Source: Enoplolaimus lenunculus
Lineage: Eukaryota
DNA length: 64,000 nucleotides
Direction: 5' to 3'
Assembly: GCA_030248215.1 (NCBI GenBank)
Contig: JASANG010000424.1
Coordinates: 310,001-374,000, forward strand
Shown here: in pieces, positions 25,701 through 37,100 of the stretch
How positions within the stretch are numbered: position 1 is the first letter of the stretch
Layout: every line of letters begins with the position of its first letter
Made by a program: the position numbers and the translations under genes
Notes under the pieces: generated by a model
Databases searched by the model: none
Told to the model about the DNA's origin: nothing
Seen by the model: only the letters and a program-made list of their open reading frames with translations

Positions 25701-28284
25701 TACGTCGGCATTTACCTTTGATGTAAATATTACCGGATGTTCCGGTTATGTTAAAGTTTGTAACATTTTTCCGCATACAGACAGTTATCATATTTGATAC
25801 CGTGGCCCGTATTTTCAAATATGTGTAGCACATATCACCGATTGATCATATGTCTTGTAATTTTTGAGCCAGTAAATGCTAAGGCTTAAAATACAGCACA
25901 TTATCTCATATTACTTGCTCTACATTTGTACCAATTTTGAGTACAACAACTGCAATAGTTAATGAGTTTCGAAACCTATTACTAACTGATGATAGTTGCT
26001 ATACTGTACGAATTTCGTATACAGAAAGACAAGCACAACACAATGTACAATAATTTCGCATTTGGACATTACAAAATTGCAACAAGACATCAGACCTTAC
26101 CGTTGTGTGTTAGAGTTCCTTCAACTGCAACAAAAGTTACTCGGAACCCAACCCGGAATTGCAACCGGAATTTGAAATTTGAACTTTATTGGTTTTGATT
26201 TAATTCAAGCGAAGCAGTACCATATACAACCCTTCACGAAAATTTTGTTGCGAATGCGGTGGGGCTCGAACCCACGACGTACGGATTACCGGTCCGCTGC
26301 TCTAAAAGCACTGAGCTACGCAGCTATGCAAACTTTTCGCTACAATGGCTGGCTCTATACACATTTTGTGCTCGCTTTTGGCCGTAAAGTTCACAAAAAT
26401 ACGTAGATTTGCGATTTATGTTCGAACGTTTTCGTTCTTTTAAGGCACATTATAATAGACTCGAAATAAAGGTAGCGTAAAAAGATACGTAAACCAAAAT
26501 ACCAGAATTGTTAATCACGTTTTAGTTCGGAACGGAACAGTAATTTTTGTTCGAATTTCCGCCGGATTCGGAATTCTGCTAGAACACTGTCGTGTGGTAA
26601 CGATGTACGCTTCTCGTTACATCTGATAGTCAGTGGTGAAAATGCCAGCTTGAATTGAACCTCAAATGAAATTGAAAATGTTCCTGAGGATAAGGGATTT
26701 TTTTAAATTGTTGATGTTTGGTTAAAACTTTTTCACTTCGGGGCTCGCATTCTCTAATACGAATAGAATCTATTATCAGTAAGCGATACATTTTCAAATT
26801 GACGAACGTCTGCAATGACAGATTTCAAAATTGGCACAGATGTAATAAGACAAATCAAATGCGAAAAATATGCTAATTTCAAACCTCCATCATGCGTTGA
26901 TTCGAAAGTTACAAGACCTGTCACCAATTGATGATACGTGCTACACACATTTGACAATACGAGCCCTTGACTCTGGCGGAGTCGAATTTTGACTCAGTTT
27001 GTGTAGTCAGGAAAAGCCTATTTCGGACAGAGTCAATTTGACTCTCCATTTCTTGCAGTGTGTATTTTTCTTTCTTGCACGCGACACTGCTACCGTTTGC
27101 TTTAAGTAAATATAAAACATGTATTAACTAGCACATAAATTAAAGTTTTATACGTTCAGTATTCGAACGCCAGTTCAAGTTTTACTACAATTAAACTTCT
27201 TCCGTCTGCAAAGGGCAGAAATCTTGATAAATAACTTTTCTCATTACAGTTTTTTGCATATAACTTGCGTGTAGCTTATTATATTCAGCGCCCTCAAATT
27301 GATACAAGACGAACTTTTGTCTCGCATTCGATCACAAATATCCAATCAAAACGCGTCTGCTCAACAGTCGACGTTTGACATTTTTAATATTGCTCATCTA
27401 TTGGTTCCTTTAAACCAACAAAAAGTGCCAAATTTTGCACCAAAATGTTCGGACCAATCGTCGATAGTTGACAGTGTTTCGCCAAAACGAGAAACCGGGC
27501 CTGTGGATAGTAGCGAAGACTTGGTAGATTTGACTGTTTCGAGTTGTGGCCCATCGATCAAAAATTTGAGCCCAGCTCCTGCAAATGTCGCAGGTGGAAT
27601 CAATATTCCATCGAGTAGAGTCAATCAAAGTTCAAAAGCAACTGGATCTGTTCAAAACACGGCAATTAACAAATCACAATTCAGCACATTGAAAACCGAC
27701 CAATCAGAATTAAGTAAATTTCCAAGTAACCTATCACAATCGACACGAGTCGCAACCAGCCAATCAAAATCCTGTACTCGTCCAACAAACCAACCGCAGA
27801 GGAGTAAAACCAAAACCACTGAACAATCAAAATCCGACACAAATCAATCAACCAATCAATTTGGTCCAAATACTGCGTTGAAAACGCATTTTGACGATCA
27901 TTTCAAACGTAGCGATAAGCACTGTTCTAGTTGCCCAATCACAAGCAACACTAAGTCGTCATTGTCAACTGATTTCGACCAATCGTATTCGAATGTTTAT
28001 AATGCACCGACTCCGCCAGTGACATATCCGGGTATTACGACATCTCCAGCTACTCCTGATGAACCAACGAACGAGAATCCCAGTTTGCCTGATGGTAAAG
28101 CACTAATTATCAAAAGTATATTATATTCTTGAGGTGGGAACGACTCGTACTGACTTTCGGATAAGGATGGAACGTAAATTTAACCAATTAGTCTGATAAA
28201 TTATCTTATCTTTAAGGCATATTTAACCGCTTAAAATTGCTAGTATGTAGGATTTCAGAGTTATCCTTAAATTGACGGTAAGGG

Positions 28285-28353
<69 letters not shown>

Positions 28354-29947
28354 ATATATATGTCAAAAGCTCAATGTTTACTGGCAAACTCATGTGTATA
28401 TATTATCATCATAGAAATTATTGAGCGAAGCGAAACTCCGAGCGAAGCTCGGAGTTTCGCGAAGCGTTTTATGTTTTGTACTTGGGGGTCGAAAGGTGGA
28501 TGTCCGTCCGTCCGTCTGTCCGTCTGTCCGTCCGAAAAGAATCTCAGGAACGGCTGAACCGATTTTAATAAACTTTTTTGTTTGAAAGCCAATCATATTG
28601 GGGTGTTAACCTCGCATTGGGGTTTTAAAATTTTGAGCTGTTTATTAGCTACAGGCTAATTTGCATAATTAATTTAGCCTAAATTAGGACTTTCCACAAT
28701 ATTTCACTAATTATTACTGTTAGAAGCAATCTAATTTTAGCATTAAAGGGTTTTTGGGTGCGAGGAATCTGCGTAGACTGTTTACAAACCTCCAAAACCG
28801 ATAATTGAGCAGTTAGCTAATAGATAATTTGCATATTAGCATAGTTTATAAGCCTAAATTAGGACTTTTTACAATATTTCACTAATTATTAAGGTTATTA
28901 AGGTTAAAAGCAATATAATTTCAGCACTAAAGGGTTTTTGGTGCGAGGAATTTGAATAAATAGTTTACAAACATCCCAAACCGATAATTGAATAGTTAGC
29001 TCAAGACAAAACTAGGACTTTTTAAATTATTTCAATAATTATTACGGTTTACTGAAGGTTTTTGGGTGCGAAGAATCTGAATAAATTGTTGACAAGCCTC
29101 CAAAACCGATAAATGAATAGTTAGCTAACAACTTATTTGCATATTACCTTAATTGCTTACGTGCGTTCGAGCTTCGCTCAATAAATGTAGTCCCACTACG
29201 ACTGGTATACCTGTACTTTTATATTGGACAACACGGCCCATGTATATAACAGGACCGGAACAGTGGTATATGCATATTCCTAACCTAAGCCTGGGCCAAA
29301 GCGTAAGTCTCAGCGTAAGAGTGATCCTATTCCTAAGCTTAAGCCTAAGCCTAAGCAAAAAATTCAGTCTAAAGCTTAAACTGACTCTATTAAAGCTCCT
29401 CCGGAAAACGCTCCGGCCTCTGTTCTATACATGGGCCGATCACACTATAGTCTAAAAATTTCCAATATCCTGGAAAAAATTTAGGACAAAAAAACCAAAC
29501 TTAGTTTTTAATTTGAACCAAAATATGATTTTAAGTAAACTCTTTTCGATACCACAATAATAATATTTATGGGCAAATGTAACGAACAGGGGCGGAACAG
29601 TATTATTAGCATATTTGTAAGCCTAAGCCTAAGCCTAAGCGTGAGCATATTCCTAAGCCTAAGCCTATGCCTAAGCCTATGCCTAAGCCAAGCAAAATAA
29701 TCAGTCTAAAGCTTAAACATACTCTATTCCAGTCCCACAGAAAAACGTTCCGCCATTGATCTCACATGGTCGTATTTTAGGCAGTTCAGCTTAATTTTAA
29801 GACAATTTTAAATTATAAACACAATTTTTCTATGTATTTTCAGAGTCGAACGATACTATTGTGTTGAGTTTGGATTTAGACGGAGTCGAATACAAGGGTG
29901 TTTTGTACAGTACAAACTGCAGAAGCACAATTGAAACCCAGTTTTAG
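19732..29947 (+). CDS. ARID3: ARID3/dead ringer/Bright family transcription factor, ~704 aa; exons 19732-19836, 20633-20762, 20962-21245, 21809-21881, 23449-23632, 24414-24682, 25532-25691, 27289-28094, 29844-29947
   Basis: The spliced translation contains the extended ARID (WTYEEQFKQ|LYELSPDVDRRIFLDDLFDFMQKR|GTPITRIPIMAKHVLDLYELY...VINKKLWREITKCLSLPNSITSAAFTLRTQ|YMKYLYPYEC) and a C-terminal REKLES-beta-like segment (IVLSLDLDGVEYKGVLYS). All 8 introns are GT-AG and phase-compatible. Confidence 0.95.
21332..21668. mobile_element. TTAGGC MITE with expanded internal array (ARID3 intron 3)
   Basis: catgtatagaacagggccgg ... ccggccctgttctatgcatggg termini; repeated ttaggc and aataggctcatcc units. 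Confidence 0.75.
22430..22578. mobile_element. short GC-rich TIR element (tggcggatcca...tggatccgcca), hAT-like
   Basis: Inverted termini; many half-copies in the window (e.g. ~4090, 6275, 14585, 14900, 39250). Confidence 0.5.
23657..23886. mobile_element. TTAGGC MITE (ARID3 intron 5)
   Basis: TIRs; TSD ctcgtcag/ctcgtctg. Confidence 0.8.
24868..24998. repeat. ~30-bp minisatellite
   Basis: cctggtccagggccaatcagatccgattcga-like units, about 4 copies. Confidence 0.7.
26251..26325 (-). pseudogene. tRNA-like sequence (anticodon GGT, Thr-like); probably a pseudogene or SINE head
   Basis: D stem gctc/gagc, anticodon stem gcgga/tccgt with loop CCGGTAA, T arm gtggg-TTCGAGC-cccac. The acceptor stem has 2 mismatches and the D-loop GG is altered. 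Confidence 0.55.
28286..28361. repeat. (TA)n microsatellite
   Basis: Directly visible. Confidence 0.9.
28411..29206 (+). mobile_element. Helentron-associated/DINE-1-like non-autonomous element
   Basis: Subterminal inverted repeat ttattgagcgaagc (28418) / gcttcgctcaataa (29171), (GTCY)n microsatellite at ~28501-28533, acggctgaaccgatttt motif, internal ~170-bp tandem units, 3' hairpin gtagtcccactac. Confidence 0.75.
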
Positions 29948-31894
29948 TCAACGCGACCGTAGCCAAGGGCGCAGCAGGTTTTGCTTCACCTAAAAATTTC
30001 CCTCTGCCATATGAAATCTTATTTCAAGCGAAGATTCAAACCTCAAAGCGTTCAAATCGGAGGAAATGTTTGCGATCACCGATTTAAACGGTGTGGTATG
30101 GAAAGTGTTTTTTCATATTGTGAAGATTTTGTACTGCACATACACGTAATGGTTAAACTAACAATGATCATCTATATTATTAAAGCTGAAACGCCAAACA
30201 TATATATCTTGTGCAGTGTTCTAGCTGATTTATATACGTCTGTGATATGCGAATTAGTTATTACAGATTTTTGTTGACAGAGGTACAAACTTCTAAGTAG
30301 AAAATTGTTTTCAACGTGTCCTTGTGCAATTTCATGTTATGTTTCGACTGTCTTAATATTTTGTCTTATAAATAGAACAGGGTTCACGTTGACTAGGTAC
30401 ATATTATTTCGCACAAAACGGCTTTACGCAGTTATGCACATACTGTAGTGACCCGAATAAGAGGGGACTGATATTTATTTGGCCTCTTCAGAGGGTACCC
30501 CCTGTTACTCGATTATGGACTGTTAATTATTTTCAACCCGCCCTCCGCCACCCTTCATTGCTGATATATCTCTGCTATTGCAACTATCCGTTGAATTAAA
30601 CGTTTGTCTTGTGTCAATAGCTTGAGAAATAATACAAAGTTATGGTTAGGCATATACTTTCAAAATTAAACTGCGCTCTAAAGTTTCAAACTCAATTTAT
30701 TTGGTGCTAGAGTCATTTATGCGCTACAATTAGGGATAATTGACATTTATGCACTCTAATTAAGGTGTAGGGTCTCTATCCGCTTACGGACTCGTATTCG
30801 GGCTACGGACTCCTATTGTTTGAGACTCAAAATGGAGACTCCCCTCTTATGACCCCCTTTATGCGGACCGGGTTACCAATTAAATTAGGACAGGATCATC
30901 AGTAACGTATCTTTACTATGCTGTATTATAACTTCTGGCGACAATGCTTAAGGGCACTAATGTTTCTTAGTAATATTATCTCTTTTCTCGCTATATCTGA
31001 TAGATTTTGGAGAAATACAGTAATGCGATACGGTGTATATATTTAGAAACGCACTTTGATTTCAATGGTTTTACAAGTAGTATGAACCTGCAGCTACAGG
31101 GCCAACGAGGTATTTTCCCCCCGAAGTGTTTTTTGTCCTCCACAGGAACAGTCGTGACCAAACTCGCGAATTCTACGAAATACTCGCGTGCCCCTCGTCC
31201 AATTTTTTGGCACACCTGTTACAAGTTGGCAGATACGCCAGCCAGGAGGGCGCGTTCAATTCTAGACCCCAATATATGAACCAAGAAACTTTTTGGAACT
31301 GCTACAATGCGATTTAACACTGAAATGCGTCTAGGTTTTAGATCGCTTCGCTTCCGATGTCTTTTGAAAACACTAAATACACCAATCACTTTTTTCACTG
31401 GAACACTTGTAATTTCAAAGTCTGACGGGCTTTTCGCTCGTTCCACTTGCGAATTGTTCAACATTCTTCTGGTCCGGTAACTCTAGGTTGCTCGGAGTTT
31501 TTTCCAGACCATACCGAGTTTAACAATCCTGGCTACGCGCCCGCTAGTTTCACTAGCTAAGTAACTGGGCCCATATAAAAATCAGGCGCCGCACGTTATT
31601 TCATAGGACTCAAATAGAATAAGGTTAAACTTTAGACCATTTTTTGCTTAGGCTTAGGCTTAGGTATAAGCTAATTCTTAGGCTTAGGCTTAAGCTTAGG
31701 CTTAGGCTTAGGCTTAGGCTTAGGCTTAGGCTAAAGCTTAGCTATAAAAGCTCATTGTTAGGTTTAGATTTCGGATTAGGCTTAGGAATATGCTTACACT
31801 ACTATTTGGAGCCTGTTCTATATATTGGCCAGGAACCGGAACGGTGCCAAGTTTCAGCTGTGACTAAACTCGTAAATATAAAAAATATCTTAAT

Positions 31895-32338
31895 TTAAAT
31901 CAGCGGAGTACATTCAGTACTATCGATCCAATCAGAATTCGACTTTTGTTGTTCGCTTTCTTCGCTAATTTTGTCGCAATTCCTACTTCCAAAAATTGGT
32001 CTCTTGTTGCCTTTGCTGAGCGTCTCGTCCGATTGTTCAATTGATCGTTGAATATCGTTGAGTTGAATTAAACGCCGTTTGCAATAGTGAACCGTTAATA
32101 CAGCTAGAGCAATCATAACAAATACAGCCATCATCATGCCAAAAACAACGCCAACAACCAAAGAATCAAATGTGACATTTTCATTTTTTTGGCTCTCACT
32201 TGCTACGATACCACTGGCGTTGTGATTGGACGAATTTTTCTCGTCGATAGCAGTGACGTAATTTTTGGTTACATCATTCAACCAATCAGCGATAGCGTTG
32301 GAAACGTCATAGTTTTCAATTTCGAGCAATGATGTCAT
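31895..32338 (-). CDS. small single-pass membrane protein, 147 aa, intronless
   Basis: ATG-initiated ORF with one hydrophobic helix (LVVGVVFGMMMAVFVMIALAVLTVHYC) followed by KRR, N-terminal sequons (NSS, NAS, NVT) and a C-terminal ExxxLI motif. Confidence 0.65.
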   Translation of the reverse strand: MTSLLEIENYDVSNAIADWLNDVTKNYVTAIDEKNSSNHNASGIVASESQKNENVTFDSLVVGVVFGMMMAVFVMIALAVLTVHYCKRRLIQLNDIQRSIEQSDETLSKGNKRPIFGSRNCDKISEESEQQKSNSDWIDSTECTPLI

Positions 32339-34110
32339 TGTAAGAAAAGTAGAAGTTCGGTGGCATTATGTTAAAATATAGATTGGAAAAAGGGTTGTTT
32401 GAAACGAAAAATCAGCTCAATGTACGTCAATTTAATATTAATAAAGCTGAAACGCCAAGAATACGTAATTTGTACACCGTTACAAAGTAATTTCTCTTGC
32501 TATAATTTTGTGTAAGTAGATAAAATATGATAGAACAAGCCAATCAGTAACGACGACAAAATTAAATGACATTCGCCATTGGTTCAGTCAACCTTAGCAG
32601 TGGACAGGCCTGGTGCACATAATTTGATAGCGACAAATTTGACTACGCCAAATTTTGAAAACTGAAATCAACAAAAACTTTGTAATTTTTTTCGGTTAGT
32701 GGACCTGCTACGGGAAAGTCCATAGGGGGCTCAGCCTGCCTTCCCCCTGGAACAATTTTAGCCCCTAGAAGAATTTTAACTTGCCTGTAGATCATTGCAA
32801 ACCCTTGTATGCTTTCTTCTAAAAATTTTCCAGCTTTTCCTAGCAAGGCGAGCTGGCTATGAGATTGTACTCAATTAGATCAAAACAAAATCTTACGCTA
32901 AGTGTTAATGAAATCTTACGGCAATATTCGCTGTAAACTTTAAAAATTTTCTATCACGGGCCAAGCGACCAATGTATAGAACAGGGCCGTAACTGTAGTA
33001 TAAGCATATTCTTAAGACGAAGGCTAAAAGCGTAAGAAACAGCTTATATCTATTAAGCCTACGCCTAAACCGAAGCAAACAAATTAGTCTAATTAAGCGT
33101 TCTCCATTGCAGGCTCACAGAAAAACGTTCCGCCCCTGATCTTTACATGGGCCGTCCAAGCTTTGTATTAACTTGCACCTAAATTTTGAACAAAATTATA
33201 TTCGGTTCACGAATGTGATCGTTTATTTAGTATAAAAGATAAAACTTTTGAAAAACGTTTTGCTTATCTGATATGAACGCCTAACTACACGGCAATTTAT
33301 GGGGTTTTTTGAAAAAATGAAGCATATCAAACAACGCCAATCTTTTGATCAGATTTATGTAAAATGAGCTAAGCGTAAACAAATATGACACCAATCAAAA
33401 TAATTATTAAATATATTAACTGCGGTATTTTAAGCATTAGAAAAAATGTTTATTAGCAAATGCCTAACAACTGATAGCAAATACAATTACTCAGAGCGGA
33501 AGTAGAACTCATGTGTCGTCGACAATATCCTGCGAACGCGTTGTGGAATTTTTCAAAGATCGTAGACACGAGTTAAAGTAAACGACGCAATAATTGGAAT
33601 TTCCGTGAAGATTCCACTGTCACCCAGTGTTCAGTTACAATTGTATCACTGGGTATTCCAGCAAACTCTATTGTTAGCTTTTTCGGCCCATTTTACTTTT
33701 AGGGCCGTCCCGGTTTCTGGTGGGTTTGTAAAAGAGTAGGCTTACATTCTAGACTACATTTTTGCTTAGGCTTAGGTTTAGGCTTAGGCTTAGGAATATG
33801 CTTTTGCAACGCTTAGGCTTAGGCTTAGGAATACGTTAAATCTACTGTTACGGCCCTAAAAGTAGCATTGGCCCATAGATTACATTTTAAACGACAGCTT
33901 ACGGTTCTGCTTGGGTGGAACGTTTTTCTGTGAGACTAGAATAGAGTAATCTTAAACTTTAGACTATTTTTTTGCTTGGCTTATGCTTAGGCTTTAGACT
34001 TTGCAATAAACTCATTGTTACGCTTAGGCTTGACTTTAGGCTTAGGCTAAGGCTTAGGAATATGCGTATAATACTGTTCCGACTTTGTTCTTTACATTGG
34101 CCAAAATGTT

Positions 34111-37100
34111 TTATACCAGTCGTTTTACAACAATACTTAGCAACAAAAACACTAAAGCAAACAATTCTAAAATTGGCAAATTCCATTTCTCATTGTCTTT
34201 ATTTTCTCTTCTATGGGATTTTTTGGTTTTCGTTGGATTTTTTAGTTTTTTCTCGTTCATATCCGCTTTATCATCGACCGGAACTTCAGGTGGAAATCTG
34301 TGCAGCTTCAGATATTTGCTAATGCGTTCCAACGTTGCTTTGAAAGAAACGTTGTGTCTGGTTTGATAATATTCGATTGGGTTTAAACTGAGCAACTCGA
34401 GTTCGCGAGCACCGTGTTTAAGTGCTCCAATTTCAATTTGAATATAATTCAACGCATTGCTCAATGACTCGTTTGAACGTAAACGGTCTTTGGTTAATAA
34501 CTGAGTTTGCTGCGTTGAAGTAAAGTTTGCAGTTGTAATATTGCTTCGTACTGAAATTTATTACATAATTGGCCAATGTATTAAAGAACAGGGGCGGAAC
34601 AGTATTGTAAACATATTCCTGAGCTTAAGCCTAAGCCTAAGCCTAAGCGTAAGAATGAGCATTCTTCTAGTCCCACAGAAAAACATTCCGCCCCTGATCT
34701 TTACACGGGCCACATAATCTATAAAAGTCTGACTGAGTGCCGTCCAAAAACGCGTGTAACAACTTGAAAAAATAGCAAAAACTCTTCAATTTTTCAACAC
34801 GAAAATTTTCGGGAGAACCACGGACTCATGCGTCCCCTGAAGTTGGTCACCATGCATCTTTTGCTATGAAGTACTGTGTAGTGAGCCGAATAAGAGGGGA
34901 TGTGACTGATATTTATTTCAAGTCTTCAGACGGTACTTACCTTGTTATTTACTGGCTTATGGACTACTTATTATTTCAATCACCTTCCTGTTATTTGGAC
35001 CATACACCTTTCAGTTATGCTTGTGTACTGATCGTATTGTCATCAAGGAAGCATTTACGCAATCTAAATTTAGGGCAATTGCGATTTTTGGCGTCTAATT
35101 AGTAATTGTTAACGTTATCTATTTATGGATTCTAATTAGAGATATAAAATCTGATTAAGACAGAGTCAAAATAGGGACAGCCGGGTTTTATTACCTCCGC
35201 TATAGTCATTACGGCCCATGTTACATTAAGGAACGTCCCGGTTTTTGGTGGGTTTATAAAAGAGTCAGTTTAGATTCTAGATTACATTTTAAGCTTTAAA
35301 CTAACTTTTTGATTAGGCTTAAGCTTCGGCTTAGGCTTTAGGCTTAGGCTTAGGCTTAGGAATTTACATTTACTACTGTTCCGGCCCTGTTCTATACGTA
35401 GGCTCTAATTTATATTACCAATTTCGGTTAATACGGCTTTATAGCCGAGCAGTTTCGTTTGTACTCGCAACTTCAAATAATCCCACGCTATGTTCCATTG
35501 ATCCGCAAATGCTTGTGTCATTGGTGCGCCTAAAAGTAAAAAAATAATAAAATTTCAAGTCTTTAACAACAAAATAAAATCTCAAAAACCGAAAAAATTT
35601 CTGAACCTAAAATTCCGAAGCGATGAGAGAATTTGGCTAAAACTATTAGTAACTGGCTAAAGGTGTTAATATTTGAGAATTGTTTAAAATTTAAACGGCC
35701 CATGTTGCTTTACGGGGCGTCCAGGTTTCTGGTGGGTCTATAAAAGAGTAGGTTATGTTGCTTTAAGGGGCGTCCAGGTTTCTGGTGGGTCTATAAAAGA
35801 GTAGGTTATGTTGCTTTAAGGGGCGTCCAGGTTTCTGGTGGGTCTATACAAGAGTAGGTTATGTTGCTTTAAGGGGCGTCCAGGTTTCTGGTGGGTGTAT
35901 AAAAGTAGGTTATGTTGCTTTAAGGGGTGTCCAGGTTTCTAGTGGGTCTATAAAAGAGTAGGTTATGTTGCTTTAAGGGGCATCCAGGTTTCTGGTGGGT
36001 CTATAAAAGAGTAGGTTATGTTGCTTTAAAGGGCGTCCAGGTTTCTGGTGGGTCTATAAAAGAGTAGGTTTTCGATTCTAGATTACATTTTTTTGCTTAC
36101 GCTCAGGCTTAGGCTTAGGCTTAGGAACACATTTTTGCAACGCTTAGTCTTAGGCTTAGGCTTAGGCTTAGGCATAATCTACTGTTACGTCTCCAAAAGT
36201 AACATTGACCATTTAAACAATACAGAACAAACCGCAATGTAAAATAGTTGTAATTTGAAAATAAACAATTGTTCTTTATTATTTCTAATTTAAAATATTT
36301 TTCTTATTTCTGTTCAAAAACAAAAAAAAATTAAAAATTCCCACCTCCGTGTACTATTTGAGCTGTTCAACTTCACCTGTTGAATATATGAATAAAGTTG
36401 GAATATTTTCAATCGCAATTGGAACTGTGTCATTTGCATACGGAGCGAACAAAACACGGCAACGGTGTCGAACACCTAAAAATTACTTAGCTAATGCATT
36501 TTACAACTGGCCCATGTATAGAACAGGACCGGAACAGTAGCATAAGCATATTCCTAAGCCTAAGCCTTAGCCAAACCGGAAGGATGAGCGAATTCCTAAG
36601 CCTGTGACTAAGCCAAAGCCTAGGCCTACGCAAAAAAGTTAGTCTAAAGCTTAGACTGACTCTATTACAGCCCCGCCGGTAAACGATCCGTCCCTGTTCT
36701 ATATACATGGGCCATAAAACTTGCATAAATCATAATGTCATTATTGTAACTGTTTAGCCTGTCGTTCATGCGTTGAAAAGTGTTAGTTTTCGAATAAACC
36801 TGAATGTTGGCATATATAGACTGGTAACAGGGGGCACATCCTCCCTTGCAAATTTTTAGGTCTCTCTAGTCGAAATTTCAAACGGTTTGTTTTATCGTTA
36901 CGAACCCTGTGTCCCTTCTGAAAAATTTACCAGTCCCTCTAAGAATGCTGGCATATGTAGACGGCCATTAGGGGGAACAGTTGTCCTGGCAAATTTTTAG
37001 GCTTCATCTAATAGAAATGTAAACGTCACAAATCAACGTATTTTTAATTGTATGGATGTAGTTGTAGGTAACTGTTATTTTACCTTTCAATTTAAATCAT

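Noticed and set aside
30890..31470. Cluster of short overlapping ORFs between ARID3 and the membrane-protein gene
   Set aside because: Stops occur in all frames and no domain is identifiable
31665..31745. True telomere or telomere-fusion site
   Set aside because: The short TTAGGC run is bounded by MITE TIRs
35702..36070. CRISPR-like array
   Set aside because: Head-to-tail repeats without unique spacers, eukaryotic context and no cas genes
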